Assembly (NCBI RefSeq): GCF_964355755.1
Contig: NC_092680.1
Location: 248,001-312,000 of the forward strand
Length of the DNA: 64,000 nt
Source: Antedon mediterranea
Lineage: Eukaryota > Animalia > Echinodermata
Direction of reading: 5' to 3'
The translations under genes were made by a program, and so were the position numbers. The notes under the pieces were generated by a model. The model was given only the letters and a program-made list of their open reading frames with translations, was not told where the DNA came from and did not search any database. Of the stretch, positions 52,001 through 64,000 are shown in pieces; position 1 is the first letter of the stretch, and each line of letters begins with the position of its first letter.

Positions 52001-55000
52001 ACAAACATGAACGCCGTATTGCAATGAGGGTGGAACGCCGTATTGCAATGAGGGTGGAACGCCGTATTGCAATGAGTTGAATACAGAATGAATAAAATAA
52101 AGAGACATTTTGAAATGATACAAAGTTATGTGAGATTTGATGGGAAATTCTTAATTGTTCTTACTGAGATATCTTTATTGACTTGGATAAGGATTTGCTT
52201 GCTCGTTTCGCCATGTTTGAAACACAACGTTGATGAGGCTCTTTTGAAATCAGCAGTTCGAACATTATCTCCTCCAAATGCTGAGCCATCTCTATAAAAA
52301 TAACAAAAACAACAAAATTAGGATTAGTTATTTGCTAAACACACAAAAACTAGAAAACTTATATTGGCTCTCTCATCAGTCAATATAAAAAATAAATCAT
52401 ACATTTTTTGTTTGTTTTGTCTCCAACAGAGTATTTTTTATTTATTTATTTTTGTTTTAGTTTTATAATTTGTACATTACATACTAGATACTACATACTA
52501 CATACTACATACTACATACTAGATACTACATACTAGATACTACATACTACATACTACATACTAGATACTAGATACTACATACTACATACTACATACTACA
52601 TACTACATACTAGATACTACATACAACATACTAGATACTAGATACTAGATACTACATACTACATACTACATACTAGATACTACATACTAGATACTAGATA
52701 CTACATACTAGATACTACATACTACATACTACATACTAGATACTACATACTAGATACTACATACTACATACTACATACTACATACTAGATACTACATACT
52801 ACATACTACATACTAGATACTAGATACTAGATACTACATACTAGATACTACATACTAGATACTACATACTAGATACTACATACTACATACTACATACTAG
52901 ATACTAGATACTACATACTACATACTACATACTAGATACTAGATACTAGATACTACATACTAGATACTACATACTACATACTAGATACTACATACTAGAT
53001 ACTACATACTACATACTAGATACTACATACTACATACTACATACTAGATACTACATACTAGATACTACATACTACATACTAGATACTACATACTACATAC
53101 TACATACTAGATACTACATACTACATACTAGATACTAGATACTACATACTACATACTAGATACTACATACTACATACTACATACTAGATACTACATACTA
53201 CATACTACATACTAGATACTACATACTAGATACTACATACTACATACTAGATACTACATACTACATACTACATACTAGATACTACATACTACATACTAGA
53301 TACTACATACTAGATACTACATACTACATACTACATACTAGATACTACATACTACATACTAGATACTACATACTACATACTACATACTAGATACTACATA
53401 CTACATACTAGATACTACATACTACATACTACATACTACATACTAGATACTACATACTACATACTAGATACTACATACTACATACTACATACTACATACT
53501 ACATACTACACTACATTTAATGTAATTCATTAACTATACTATATGGTATGCAAACATTTTTGAATATATACTTGAAATAGAAATATAAATTGAGACTCTA
53601 AATTCTCAACATAACATGAAGTAAAATACCTCACAACATAACATGAAGTAAAATACCTCACAACATAACATGAAGTAAAATACCTTAATCATTAACTTTA
53701 ACTGATAGTATGCTGAGAATTCTAAAATGTTTGTTTTTTACAAATTGGATCAAGAATGTTTAAACATTAGAAATGTGATGTGAATATCATCAGCAGCTTG
53801 CACCATAGTAAATGAAAACTATCCCTTGATATATTTCACATATTATAAAAATAAATGTATGTTTTATTAATATCCAATTATAATCTACTAAATTGCAGAT
53901 AAATATTTTAAATATCACTTAAAAAGGGCTAAAATTAAAATCCTATATCATAATTCTAGTGAGCTTTTGTATCGGATGGTAGACGAAAAGGGACGGTTGT
54001 AAAAAGTGCCTTTGTCCTGTTATTATATGCATGTTGAAAAAATGACGATATGTGACTACATATTATTTACTATAATATTATTTGCATTGAATATGTAATT
54101 TTGTATTTTAATTTATAATTCTTGCGTTTAGAAAGAATTAATCGACATTCAAATATTGATTTAAAAAGTACAGTGGGCCTATTAACATTATGTTATAATA
54201 TAAATGCTGTATAATGTCCCTGAATATTTGTTCTGTTAAACTGTATATCAATTTCTAGATACTATACGTATACTACATTGTACTATATTACTATAGCCAT
54301 TAACCGTCCATTAATTCTACCAGAGTACACATCCCAATCCCTTTAAGTTACATGTTTTTTTAGAAAACTGTCTTTTATCCTAACTGAAACACAGCATGAT
54401 TATTTGATTGGGTAAACACGGTCAATTTGCAAACAGGTTATCTAAATAATGCCATTAGATTTACTAATGAAATTAGGACAAGATAAGAAACATGTTTTAA
54501 TGTTATTTCAATTCTAGTTGGATCTATAATACGCATAAAAAATTTAAGCTTTGTAAACAATGTTGATAAAATGGGTTGAGTCAAAGTATTAATAACTTAA
54601 ACTACAATTAACATTCACAAAATTCTCTCCTATTCAAAAACTTTTCTGTCAAACAGAACAATTAAACAACCAAAGTTGTGTTAACTATTCCATGTCTGGT
54701 TATCTGGCTAAAGATTTCATACTTCTCAACCATTATATAATAACCACAAACCATTGACAATTCAGGTATGGCATTTGGGGCAAACATGAAAGGTGAAGTA
54801 ATACTTGCATGCTTGGTGGCTAAATTTGGGGCACAGGCTGTGTGTTTCATTTGTGATATGTGAATTAGGAAATTAGGAAAACTATTATTACAAATCATAA
54901 CCTACATATTAACTGATGTTATTTTGTTTTAATTTGGTGTTTTGTTGCTATCATTTATATAGAACATCTTGTGTATCATGAGAAGTGACCTACTCGCACC

Positions 55001-58000
55001 TTAAAAAAAATAATAAAAGCACAATTTTCATAGGAGTGGTAGGTATGCCGTGGGTATATTGTATTTGGTTAGGAGTGGTAGGTATGCCGTGGGTATATTG
55101 TATTTGGTTAATACTCACAGAGTGTAGTACTGTAAAGTGACAACTCCATCTGAGCCTTTGGTACGCACTACTGTAGCTCGTATCATCCCGTTTGAATCCG
55201 CCGAATACGATGCTTTATCGAACGAAAATTCACCTGGTTCTGTTGTCAAGACAACAAGAATAATAAAGGAAATACATTGATGCATACATAATATATGACA
55301 AGTTTTTAAAATAATCAATTATTTTCATCTTCTTTATGAATTCTAAACAAGGTTTCATTATATTTTTACTCCATTTAAAAAAAATATGCAATATTCACAT
55401 CAAATATAATCTTTATGATTACCAAGTCGATTAATAAGCGATAGTCTGCTGTTCACAGACTTTGCCAAAAATCAAGATCAAGTCATCTGAAAATTCAGAG
55501 TTTTCCAATCTCACATACTAACTGTAATATTATTTTATTTTAGAGTAATTGTTTAGCTCTGACTACACTATCAAACATTATGTGACAAAAAATGTGATGT
55601 GCCTATATATGGACATGATGTCAAAACACTACCATATTTGGGCACATCGCTACCATATTTAGGCACATCACATTTTTTTGTCAAACTAGTTTTATAGTGT
55701 AGACAGCTCTTTACAGTTAAGATAACAAATAACTAAAATAATAATAATAATTAAAATAAATGTGATTCATATGATTAAATATTCAAGTATTAAGTTTTAC
55801 CATCATCATCAATAATTGTAACTCTTGCTATACTTGGATCTCCTAGTCCCTCTACACTTTCACCTTCAGGATTTTTTAATATCACATAAAATTCCATATC
55901 ATTTTCATATTCATTGTCATTGATAATTGGTATTGAGATGGACTTTCGGCTTTCATCTTCTGCAAATGCCTGCAAAACAAATCATATTTATTTTTTAATT
56001 CTCATCATAAAAAATAATTAGAAGAACACTTGAAGTTTATTTCAGTTGGAATCATCTATTTATGAATTGATTACAAATTTACTTTATTGTTATTAACAAC
56101 ATTTTAAATATCCTGTGGACTATGCCGCCAATGTAAGGGAAATGTACAACCAGTAAGGCCTCTTAGCATTTTTAATCCTAAGTGAACTTTGCATGGATTT
56201 ATATCTAAGTTGTTACCACTATTATTCTCTTTTCTTGTAGAGCATCATCACGGCTGCTGCACAAAATTCATTCTATAGACATATATAGTAGAACTGACAC
56301 AACAAACCCTTGAATACAACAGTAAATAACATTTCACTCTATCAAGATGTTATTTCAATTCTTTATAATTAATGATCTAAGTATGAGCTCACTATGGCCA
56401 ACCATGATACATTTTTATCTTTAAACACAAGCCTGTTATTGTGACAAAATCGTTGTCTAAAAGGTTTTGAACGAAGGATCATATTTTTGATTGATGACAT
56501 TTAACATATAAAAATGTAAATCAATTTGTTGTGCTGTGTTCTTTATTATGTTTAATTTGTACATTTAATTTGTTCATTAAATTAGCTTTTGTGTTGTGTT
56601 GTTTTTATTCCAAATTGTCAAAAGGGCATAGTCTCCCTATAGTCCAATATCTACCATAAATTATTATAATGTCAATATTGGAGATTGAAACGTGAAAAAA
56701 AAAAGTTAATTATATTATTCACAATTATTTATTGACTAGCAAATAAACATAAAGGAATAAACAAATATATCAACACATAAGACAAGTAATAGTAAGACAT
56801 AAAGGAGACAATATTCACAAACAAACATAAGAGACAAAAACATTTGTAATAACAACGAACCAACATACAACAAATAATAATAAGTAATAGTAATGAAGAC
56901 ACCAAGGAGACAATTTTAATATGTGGGACAAAAATACAAAATCAATAGTTATTGGTTGATTTTTGAAAACAAGATAACTATGGCAACAAAGTAGTAGCAC
57001 ACACAGCCATTTTTGCTTTCTTGGTAATTAAATTTCATATATTGATCATGGCTATAAAACATATAGCCCAAGGCAAAGTATTCATACAAAGTGAACTTAT
57101 AAAAAAATATAGTTAGTAATTATCTTAATCATAAATGAAAATAAATATTGAGAAAAATTGATTAACAAAAAAAAACATAACAAAATTAAATCATAGTATG
57201 TAAATAATATCTAAAGATTACTAGAGATTAATATTATTATTATCATCATTATAGAGATTAGTAGATCATCTTATCATAGTGATCTATACCAGCAGTAGGG
57301 ATAGATACAATCAAATGAAATAAAAACTTGGTTACTCCATAGTAGTACTCTATTTGATTTGATGTCTTCTTCAGCTGAGCTGGTCACACTCAAACTTTGT
57401 ACTTTCACCTGGTACTATGTTGTTGTATAAAATGACTGTATATACTGAATTTTGACTTTAAATTTTACTTTCTTTTAAACAACCACCTAAAAAACCTAAT
57501 GAACTGTATATTGATTTTTAATTTTATTTTATGGTAAATTCTTCTGGGGCCCCAGACATTTTATGTTATGGTGACTCTTGTTGCTTTTGGGGTCTCAGGA
57601 TATGATGTCTCAGGACATGATGTCTCAGGACATGATGTCGAATAAATAAATGAAATGATAAAAGGTTTCATTTTGTCCCTTTGTACTGTGCAGAACCTTG
57701 TAACTCTGTCAATAGAAACATAAACTGTTGTGAGTGTGATAGAGAGTTGATTCTCTGCCTTGTTGACAATTCAATCCACTTAAAAACAAGCGTGGAGTTG
57801 TGGCTTGGTGGTTATGATGCTTGGCTGCCAATCCAAGGGTCCTGTCATGCAGGATTTTTTTCTAATGACAATTTACAACTCTACTCTCGAAGACTTGTAA
57901 TGAGATTTTGCTTATATAAATCATCTGGTGTATATGTTTGTCTTGTGAACAGGCTTTAATTACCACCTTTAAGAGAGATAGTGAATGAATTTGCTTATGG

Positions 58001-59738
58001 TTATCTAAGGCCTAAATATATAAACAAACAAACAATACGTTGTAACGTACTAATTTTCCTTGTGTATATTCATATTCTGTAGATTTTTTTGCTGACCCAT
58101 CTCTGGTTTCATACAACACTGACACCGCTCCTTTCACAATATCCGACTCCTCTTTTGTTTTGTCTTCTTCTCCAGGCTGGTACGAAACTGCTGAACCATT
58201 CATTTGAATCTGTGTTGGCAGAGTAAAGAAGTCAAAGTTCATTTCATAAAAATAGAAAATGTTAGATAACTATAAAAAAAAGAAGCAGAATAAATTCAAT
58301 TCATTTAAAAGAAATGTCAAAGAAAACATTTAAATAGCATTTAAAATACCAACTCCGATTTATGGATTTTTGAACAGACCATTCCATAGAAAAAAAAGAA
58401 AAAAATGTTTTCACTGAATTTAACCAAAAAATCCATTATTGTGCTTTGAATTTCAGTTTTATTCAAGTAAATAATTTTTATTTTGATCTAATTTAAGTCA
58501 AAGTGGAACTATGTAACATAAAAATGGCATATTCAACAAAACAATTTTTTTTAAATTAGCTTTAAGAATGAAAGATTACAAAAGATAGCAATATTGTTTG
58601 TTGCAATTTAGCCGAGTATACCATAGAATTATACAGCTTGCTTCTTTAAGACATACAGCTAATTAGAGGCTATATCAAGGAGCAAATAATTTCTCTATGG
58701 TTTTATCAGCCTATAGATTGTGACAGTTCTGTGGTACATATCATTTAGAAACCTGACCTGCACTGACGAGATCTAATAAGATCCAAACAGTACAGTCTGC
58801 AGATTGGATACATATATTATATATTAATTTTTTGGAGTATAATTTTTGAGAACATGACTCCTTAATTAGAGGATCAAGTCATGGTTTTTAAATGAATATA
58901 AACTAGATAGCATAATCAAGAAAGTGTACCCTCTGCAAGAAGCATTTAATTTACTCTTAAAGTCTTATGAAATTGATTAACTGTATTGTTTCGTGGGTTA
59001 AAGTACTATCAAACTAGTTTGACAAAGAAAGTGTGATGTGCCCAATATGGTAGTGATATGCCCAGGTACAGTATGGGCAAACCAACATTTTTTTGTCATA
59101 TAAAGTTTAATAGACAGAGCTTAAGGCGACGTTTTGACGTCAAACATGTTAAGTTTTTTTGTAAGATGACAAACAAATGAATATAAAGAGAATGCAATAG
59201 GTATTAAATTTTGCAATAATTATGATACAGTAGGCCAGAGCCAGTGCTATTTTCAGGAGGAAGATCATTAGAAAATGACAAATGGTTCTTGCAAAAGGTT
59301 AACGAAAAGTAGGTTTTTCAAAGGAAAAAACATAATATTTCTCTTTTTAAAAAAACAATTACATTTGCCACAGTGATTATAATGAACAAAGCTCAAAACC
59401 CTTCTATTAAAAAGTTTAATCAAAAGTCAAAATATCAGTTCTTTAAAGCGCCACTAACAGAGAGCAATAGCTTTCATTAAAAAATATTGTATTTTAATCC
59501 AAAAGAATTCAGATTTATAAAGGACAATTATGTACTAAAGAGAGACATAATATATTGGCTGTTATTACCGCAAAATAGTTTATTGGTTGTATGGCCAAGA
59601 CAGGCTAAAACTACTGTACATGTTTGGGTCGGGTGATTTTCATTCTTGAATGATAAGTAAAAACAGGACAGGATGAATGAAGAAATGTAAAAAAATAAAT
59701 AAAATCTTACCTGTGGACTGTTTAAAGGAGACTTCAAT
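42965..59738 (-). CDS. SLC8A: Sodium/calcium exchanger (NCX, SLC8 family), 5'-partial, 12 exons
   Basis: complement join(59711-59738,58051-58209,55801-55969,55119-55239,52165-52291,50918-51008,49488-49560,46516-46638,45258-45333,44181-44334,43510-43685,42965-43084). Two Calx-beta domains, [11 protein letters not shown], alpha-2 repeat [12 protein letters not shown]...[18 protein letters not shown]. Confidence 0.93.
43510..43685 (-). CDS. SLC8A: NCX exon ([15 protein letters not shown]…IIRRT)
   Basis: GSN signature. Confidence 0.95.
43720..44062. mobile_element. Possible degenerate Tc1/mariner-pogo-type MITE
   Basis: CAGTA...ACTG-TA ends with GGACACC/GGTGTCC internal motifs; poor TIR match. 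Confidence 0.3.
44181..44334 (-). CDS. SLC8A: NCX exon, alpha-2 repeat (…[12 protein letters not shown]…GNIT)
   Basis: GTSxPD signature. Confidence 0.95.
44312..44935. repeat. 71-bp x9 tandem array spanning an NCX splice acceptor
   Basis: Period 71; the lowest-coordinate unit overlaps exon 44181-44334. Confidence 0.95.
45258..45333 (-). CDS. SLC8A: NCX exon ([22 protein letters not shown])
   Basis: Transmembrane helix with GW motif. Confidence 0.92.
45450..45732 (+). mobile_element. L2/CR1-clade LINE 3' fragment
   Basis: Translates to PTRSLTS...LLVVP and [16 protein letters not shown]...SATLNSFKT (post-RT ORF2 C-terminus); AGCGCATTGAG...GCACTATATAA 3' motif; (TAT)n tail. Confidence 0.8.
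46516..46638 (-). CDS. SLC8A: NCX exon (SAMTVGG…[16 protein letters not shown])
   Basis: Conserved NCX motif. Confidence 0.95.
49210..49409. repeat. 66-bp x3 tandem repeat
   Basis: Unit ATGATCATTACCAATGCGGTGTC...CCCATAAT. Confidence 0.9.
49488..49560 (-). CDS. SLC8A: NCX exon ([10 protein letters not shown]…TWMGQIR)
   Basis: WxxQ motif, splice sites. Confidence 0.85.
50602..50674 (-). pseudogene. tRNA-like sequence (tRNA pseudogene or tRNA-SINE head; anticodon ATC)
   Basis: 73 nt; A-box TGGTCTAATAG, B-box GGTTCAAGTC; perfect anticodon stem TCTGC/GCAGA; mismatched acceptor and T stems; followed by TTTTT. Confidence 0.6.
50918..51008 (-). CDS. SLC8A: NCX exon, CBD2 end (TYKNFVMNL…GAKLGE…)
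   Basis: Splice sites, phases fit. Confidence 0.85.
51072..51337. repeat. 25-bp x~10 minisatellite
   Basis: Unit AATTAAATACAACATATATAAGAGT. Confidence 0.92.
52165..52291 (-). CDS. SLC8A: NCX exon, CBD2 (DGSAFGG…[10 protein letters not shown]…)
   Basis: DGSA and FxxGE motifs, splice sites. Confidence 0.9.
52478..53510. repeat. 7-bp array (ATACTAC/ATACTAG), about 147 units
   Basis: Direct reading. Confidence 0.97.
55119..55239 (-). CDS. SLC8A: NCX exon, CBD2 (EPGEFSF…VVRTKGSDG…)
   Basis: Calx-beta motif. Confidence 0.9.
55555..55710. mobile_element. MITE family A copy
   Basis: Same TIRs and interior. Confidence 0.7.
55801..55969 (-). CDS. SLC8A: NCX exon, CBD1 (AFAEDE…IINDNEYE…VTIIDDD)
   Basis: Calx-beta acidic motifs. 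Confidence 0.93.
57789..57960 (+). mobile_element. Degenerate tRNA-derived SINE
   Basis: GTGGCTTGGTGGTTA A-box-like motif; anticodon-arm-like CTTGG-CTGCCAAT-CCAAG hairpin; B-box lost. Confidence 0.35.
58051..58209 (-). CDS. SLC8A: NCX exon, CBD1 (…[12 protein letters not shown]…YTQGKL)
   Basis: Calx-beta motif. Confidence 0.9.
59005..59121. mobile_element. MITE family A copy, truncated, opposite orientation
   Basis: ACTATCAAACTAGTTTGAC...AGACAGAGCT. Confidence 0.6.
59711..59738 (-). CDS. SLC8A: NCX small exon (LKSPLNSPQ)
   Basis: cttttcacag|...CAG|gtaaga, phase 0 fits next exon. Confidence 0.65.
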
Positions 59739-61173
59739 CTGTGAAAAGATAAACATAAATGTGAAAACTAATTTTAAAAATAAAAGAATTTATTTGTTCA
59801 AATTTGTCATTTAAGAACATTGCACCATCACTTCAGGTATCAGATTGTTCACATGTGGGTGATGCGTTTTCTAATTTGTGGGTGTATATGTGAGTTTTCT
59901 AATTTGTGGGTGTTTTCACATTTGTGGATTCAACATGGTTATACTATAGGCCCTGTACCCTATGTGAAGTTGAAACTTGGTGGTTAACAGGCTTGCCTTC
60001 CCAAACTTATGTTCCAGGGTTCTGACCTAGTAGTACCAGTAAAGTAATAGCTAGCCTCAACTGACGAGTTACTTGTGTAAAAAACGAAAAAATAAGTAAA
60101 TTAAAAAAAATGCAGTCTACTTTGTAATTAAGCAGATTTAATGGTGGCAATTTAACACATGGGAATCTACATTAGGATGATTGATTTTTCAGGCGTAAGT
60201 ATTAATTCTCAGACAAGCTATAAATTATTAAAATTGGTTTGTTGGTATGGGCAATGAAATAGCAATTATTCCGTATTTTATGATACTGTAAATAATTATA
60301 TGTACACTAATCTGTAGTCTAGCTTCTAGACTGATATTTGACTTCTATTAGTGCATACGATTATCCAGTTGACTGGTTTCAGCCGCATGCGATTGGCTAC
60401 TCACTCGATAGCGATACCATTATGTAACTTTGCCAGGCAACTTGATCTAGGCTAATTCTGTTTTCCAAGACTTGAGAGTTGTCCCCATTAATTAATCAAA
60501 ATCATACAAATGATGTAAAGCTAATTTAAATGATCTTTTGGTCTAAATTAGTATGTATATCTCTCTCAAAAAATGTTACTTTTGTCGTGAAATGAATGTT
60601 CAATTTTGTTATTGTTGGATTTCACGCAAGGTGTTGTACGCAAAATTTTTAAAATTTAATATTGAATGACCAGTGACACGACATCTATTCTCCCTGCAAT
60701 TTGTAGCTTCTTGTGACATGTCAGACAAGAGATACAGCGAATTTTCATGAATTCTGGGGGGTTTTTTTTACATAATAATTTAATTTATTGTTCCACCCTT
60801 GCCTTTGTTTGCTGCTCATGCATCGCCTGAAGCGATATCTAGGAACGTTACATCTAGTTTAATATGGCTTATTACAGAGCAGTAAATTATGCTATAATTT
60901 ACTGTCCTATCAAATAACAGATAAACAAATATACCTTTTGAATAGATATCTAGTGTATCTGATGTGCAAACAATACTGTAATAGAAACATTATCCACTGT
61001 AGAACATTGACAAGGCAATTCATTCAAATCGTGTTTTATTGGTCTTCTAAAACCAGAGAAGGAGCGCTTGTTGCTTTCTTAATAAACGACTAGGAAAGTT
61101 CACCCATATCAACATGTTATTGGCACTGATACAAAAACGTACGTTCAATAAAATTATTATTAATTTAAAGAAA

Positions 61174-62612
61174 CTAGATGGTACGCTCGCTTCGCTCGCG
61201 TACCATCTAGGTCGTGCCCACAGATGGTTCTCGAATACATAATAATTTCAGCGTTAAAAAACTGGCGATTTCAAATGTACGTACCGCAGGACAATAATAC
61301 ATGTCGTTTACAGGAACGAATAAATAGACACTGTGATTTATGTACTCAACTAAAATTAGCACCCTGGGAATTACTTCCGAAAGAGAAACTTGTCACAAAA
61401 TGAGACCAATTGTTTAAGTCAAATTTAAACAAACTAAATTTGTGTTTTGTATGTAACATTAGGGTTGAGGGATGGGGAAGAGGATGGGTGCAAAGGGGAA
61501 CACTTTTTAAATATATTCTTTATCCATTTAGTAACGAAATATTAATTGTTTTCATGTTTTACAAATAATATACCACTACACACAGTAAAACATTGCGATT
61601 TAATACTTTGTTGAAACTATCACCGTCGATTGAAATAGTACAGTACATGTAACGCTACATCACTACGACGTGAATATGTTTATATAATGTAAAACAATTT
61701 GTGAAAACCACCTCTATTCGGGGAAAATCATAAATTCGATTTAATCGTCAATAAATATTAAATTATCTAACTCAACTTAATTAGTAGGCCTAATGGTTTT
61801 CAATTGTTTCTTAGAGCCAATTCATACTTAAGTTGGTTCCTACCCAACCCACCAAAGTTGTTCTGCGTTTAGGGAATGTGATGTACCGTAGGCCTATCCT
61901 CTACTGGTTTTACAACGCTACTCATGCCAGTGAGGGAAGGGTGATGATGTGGGTGGTTTAACTGCAATAATAAAGATGTGTACATAATATACGGCGAGTG
62001 AAAACGCTAGCTCATTATCCGTTTAAAAAAAAATTATATCCAACCTCTGCAGCACAGATTGAAAAAAAAAATGGATCGAATTTCTGTTATGAGTATACAG
62101 TAGTTGCCTTTACGACGCCTGAGGGAATAGACGCTTGTGGAACAGAGATTGGAATGTTCCATTCATCGCAAATCAATACATTTGTATAACGTATTTTAAA
62201 TCTATCAAAATAGTATTTTTTAAAGAAAATCGGCCTGTCTTCAACATTATGATGCTGTACTCGAGCTGTTCAACCGGTTTTCAGCCATTAAAAACAATTA
62301 TCGTAGGAGGAGATAGGAAAATGCGAAGCATCCTCGCATTATTGTCTGCGGGTATTTATCAAGACGGACATCCATTAGACAGTGTATACCACGATCGAAA
62401 AACACCCCTATTTGGGGCAAATCGTTGAACCTAAATTCGTTTTAATCGTCAATAACTAATTATCTAACTCAATTTAATTAGTAAACAGGGTTACATCAGG
62501 TGGTTAAAATCAGTACCGAAAGTACGAACCAACTTTATATACCATCGAGTAAACATTCTAGAAATAACGCGCGATTTACCGAATTTTGCCCTTACGTAAA
62601 TTTATATATAGA
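61174..62612 (-). mobile_element. Non-autonomous Helitron, copy 2
   Basis: Reverse complement of copy 1 at both ends (about 460 bp at the 5' end, about 500 bp at the 3' end); A|TC...CTAG|T. Confidence 0.88.
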
Positions 62613-62988
62613 TGATAACAACTGACCAAAATAAAAATATTTGGAATGACAGAGAGTCTGCTGTAAACAAAGTGCTTTGAGCATAGCTGCATATACAGTA
62701 ATATTACCCTTAGGAACATCCATATAAGTATTCCCTCTATGGACAGATTAGTGACTTATAGCAAAAGTTACAGTTGTAAATTATAGTATATAGTTAGTCA
62801 TTCTCAATTGATGTACATGTACCGTATTATGAAATGATGTTATCCACTGTATATCTTACAAAACAGTTTGTGCATGTTTTTATTTTCATAAATATTTATT
62901 TTTTTATTTATTTATTTATTCCTTTTAATGAAACATAAAAAGGGAGCACTGATGAGAGACAAGTGCTGTCAAACTATTGCCAAAGCAC

Positions 62989-63067
62989 ATGTCTCTCCAA
63001 CCCAAAGGGCGTGTCTCTCCAACCCAAAGGGCGTGTCTATCCAACCCAAAGGGCGTGTCTCTCCAAC
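62989..63067. repeat. 23-bp x3.5 minisatellite
   Basis: Unit GTGTCTCTCCAACCCAAAGGGC. Confidence 0.8.
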
Positions 63068-64000
63068 TATATTATTGGTTTCCGTCCAAAAAATATAAAT
63101 ATGCACGCTTTATTCTGAAATTTACTAACTGTTTAAAGGAATATGTTATAATTAGATTATATATATCTCAATATAATTCTAATGCATTCCTAAAATCAAC
63201 TCACCTGAGGACGTTACCATGACAGAGAATAGAAGATAGATAATCAATAGAATTATAAAAAAACTGATCAATTAACACAATAGGAACAATGGTTGATAGA
63301 GATACAATGACAGAATATGTAGAAGTCTGATGATCCTCTGTAAGACAACTTTATAGAACTGCCATTTTCTTATTCTTTTTGTATTTTATATGACTTTTAT
63401 CTTACTGAAATAAATTTTAAGACAAAATAATTATTTATTGATTTCAGAATGAAAAAAAAACAAGTTGTCATGATGTTTTTGTTGTCGTCATGATGTTGTT
63501 TCCAATTTTATTACTGTGTTTATGAATATTGGACAATACAAGATTTTTAATTTGTAATTTTTGAATTTAGGCTATGTGGGAGAGGATTCAAATTAATTTA
63601 TTCTATATAGCAATGCTAGATTGAAGTACATATAATAATAGTTGCTATTTGTATGATGGTAAGTTGCTGTTGGAAAGGCAATAGACCGATTGCAGCCATG
63701 CAATACATTTTTATGATAAATAATTAGTAAATAAGGATGGTCATTTCACTTTAATCTATTTTGTATCAAAAGCTCTCCCATAAATCAACATTTCTTTTTG
63801 TGCCAGAAACATAATTAGAACCAAAGAGTTAGTTTATACTCTTTATTCGCGAAGTGACAGGTTTTTTATTAATTGCATCAATGAAATGTCACTATATGAA
63901 TACACAGTTGAGTGTTGTTTAAAGTAGCGACATGTTGACACACTCAATTAATAATGATATAGGCATACAGTACTCTTAATTATTCACAAATGTCAAAAAA

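Noticed and set aside
52478-53510. Interstitial telomeric repeat
   Set aside because: The unit is not TTAGGG/TTAGG-like and has no G-runs
61998-62428. ORFs inside Helitron copy 2
   Set aside because: No Rep or helicase motifs, antisense to the element, and no equivalent ORF is listed for copy 1

Overview
AT-rich, intron-rich animal genomic DNA (probably an invertebrate deuterostome; this is inference). It is not prokaryotic. Three spliced genes were reconstructed by hand from GT-AG boundaries with consistent phases. (1) The 3' part of an ARHGEF18/p114RhoGEF (Cysts/AKAP13/ARHGEF28 family) DH-PH RhoGEF on +, 22 exons, 484-20688. (2) A complete AF9/ENL (MLLT3/MLLT1) YEATS+AHD gene on +, 5 exons, 26255-31561. 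(3) The 3' part of a divergent Na+/Ca2+ exchanger (NCX/SLC8A) on -, 12 exons, 59738-42965. Non-coding DNA holds two oppositely oriented copies of a non-autonomous Helitron with different interiors, a TTAA piggyBac-like MITE, two Harbinger-like MITE families, an L2 LINE 3' end, tRNA-derived sequences and many tandem repeats. The largest repeats are a 93 x 60-bp intronic array, a 1-kb two-state 7-mer array and a 4.5-kb foldback satellite built from palindromic modules. The most notable oddity is tandem amplification of functional boundaries: a complete NCX splice acceptor is present in 9 copies, a RhoGEF acceptor is duplicated with the extra AG destroyed, and a MITE end and a tRNA-SINE head are also amplified. 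No clearly novel protein-coding system was found.
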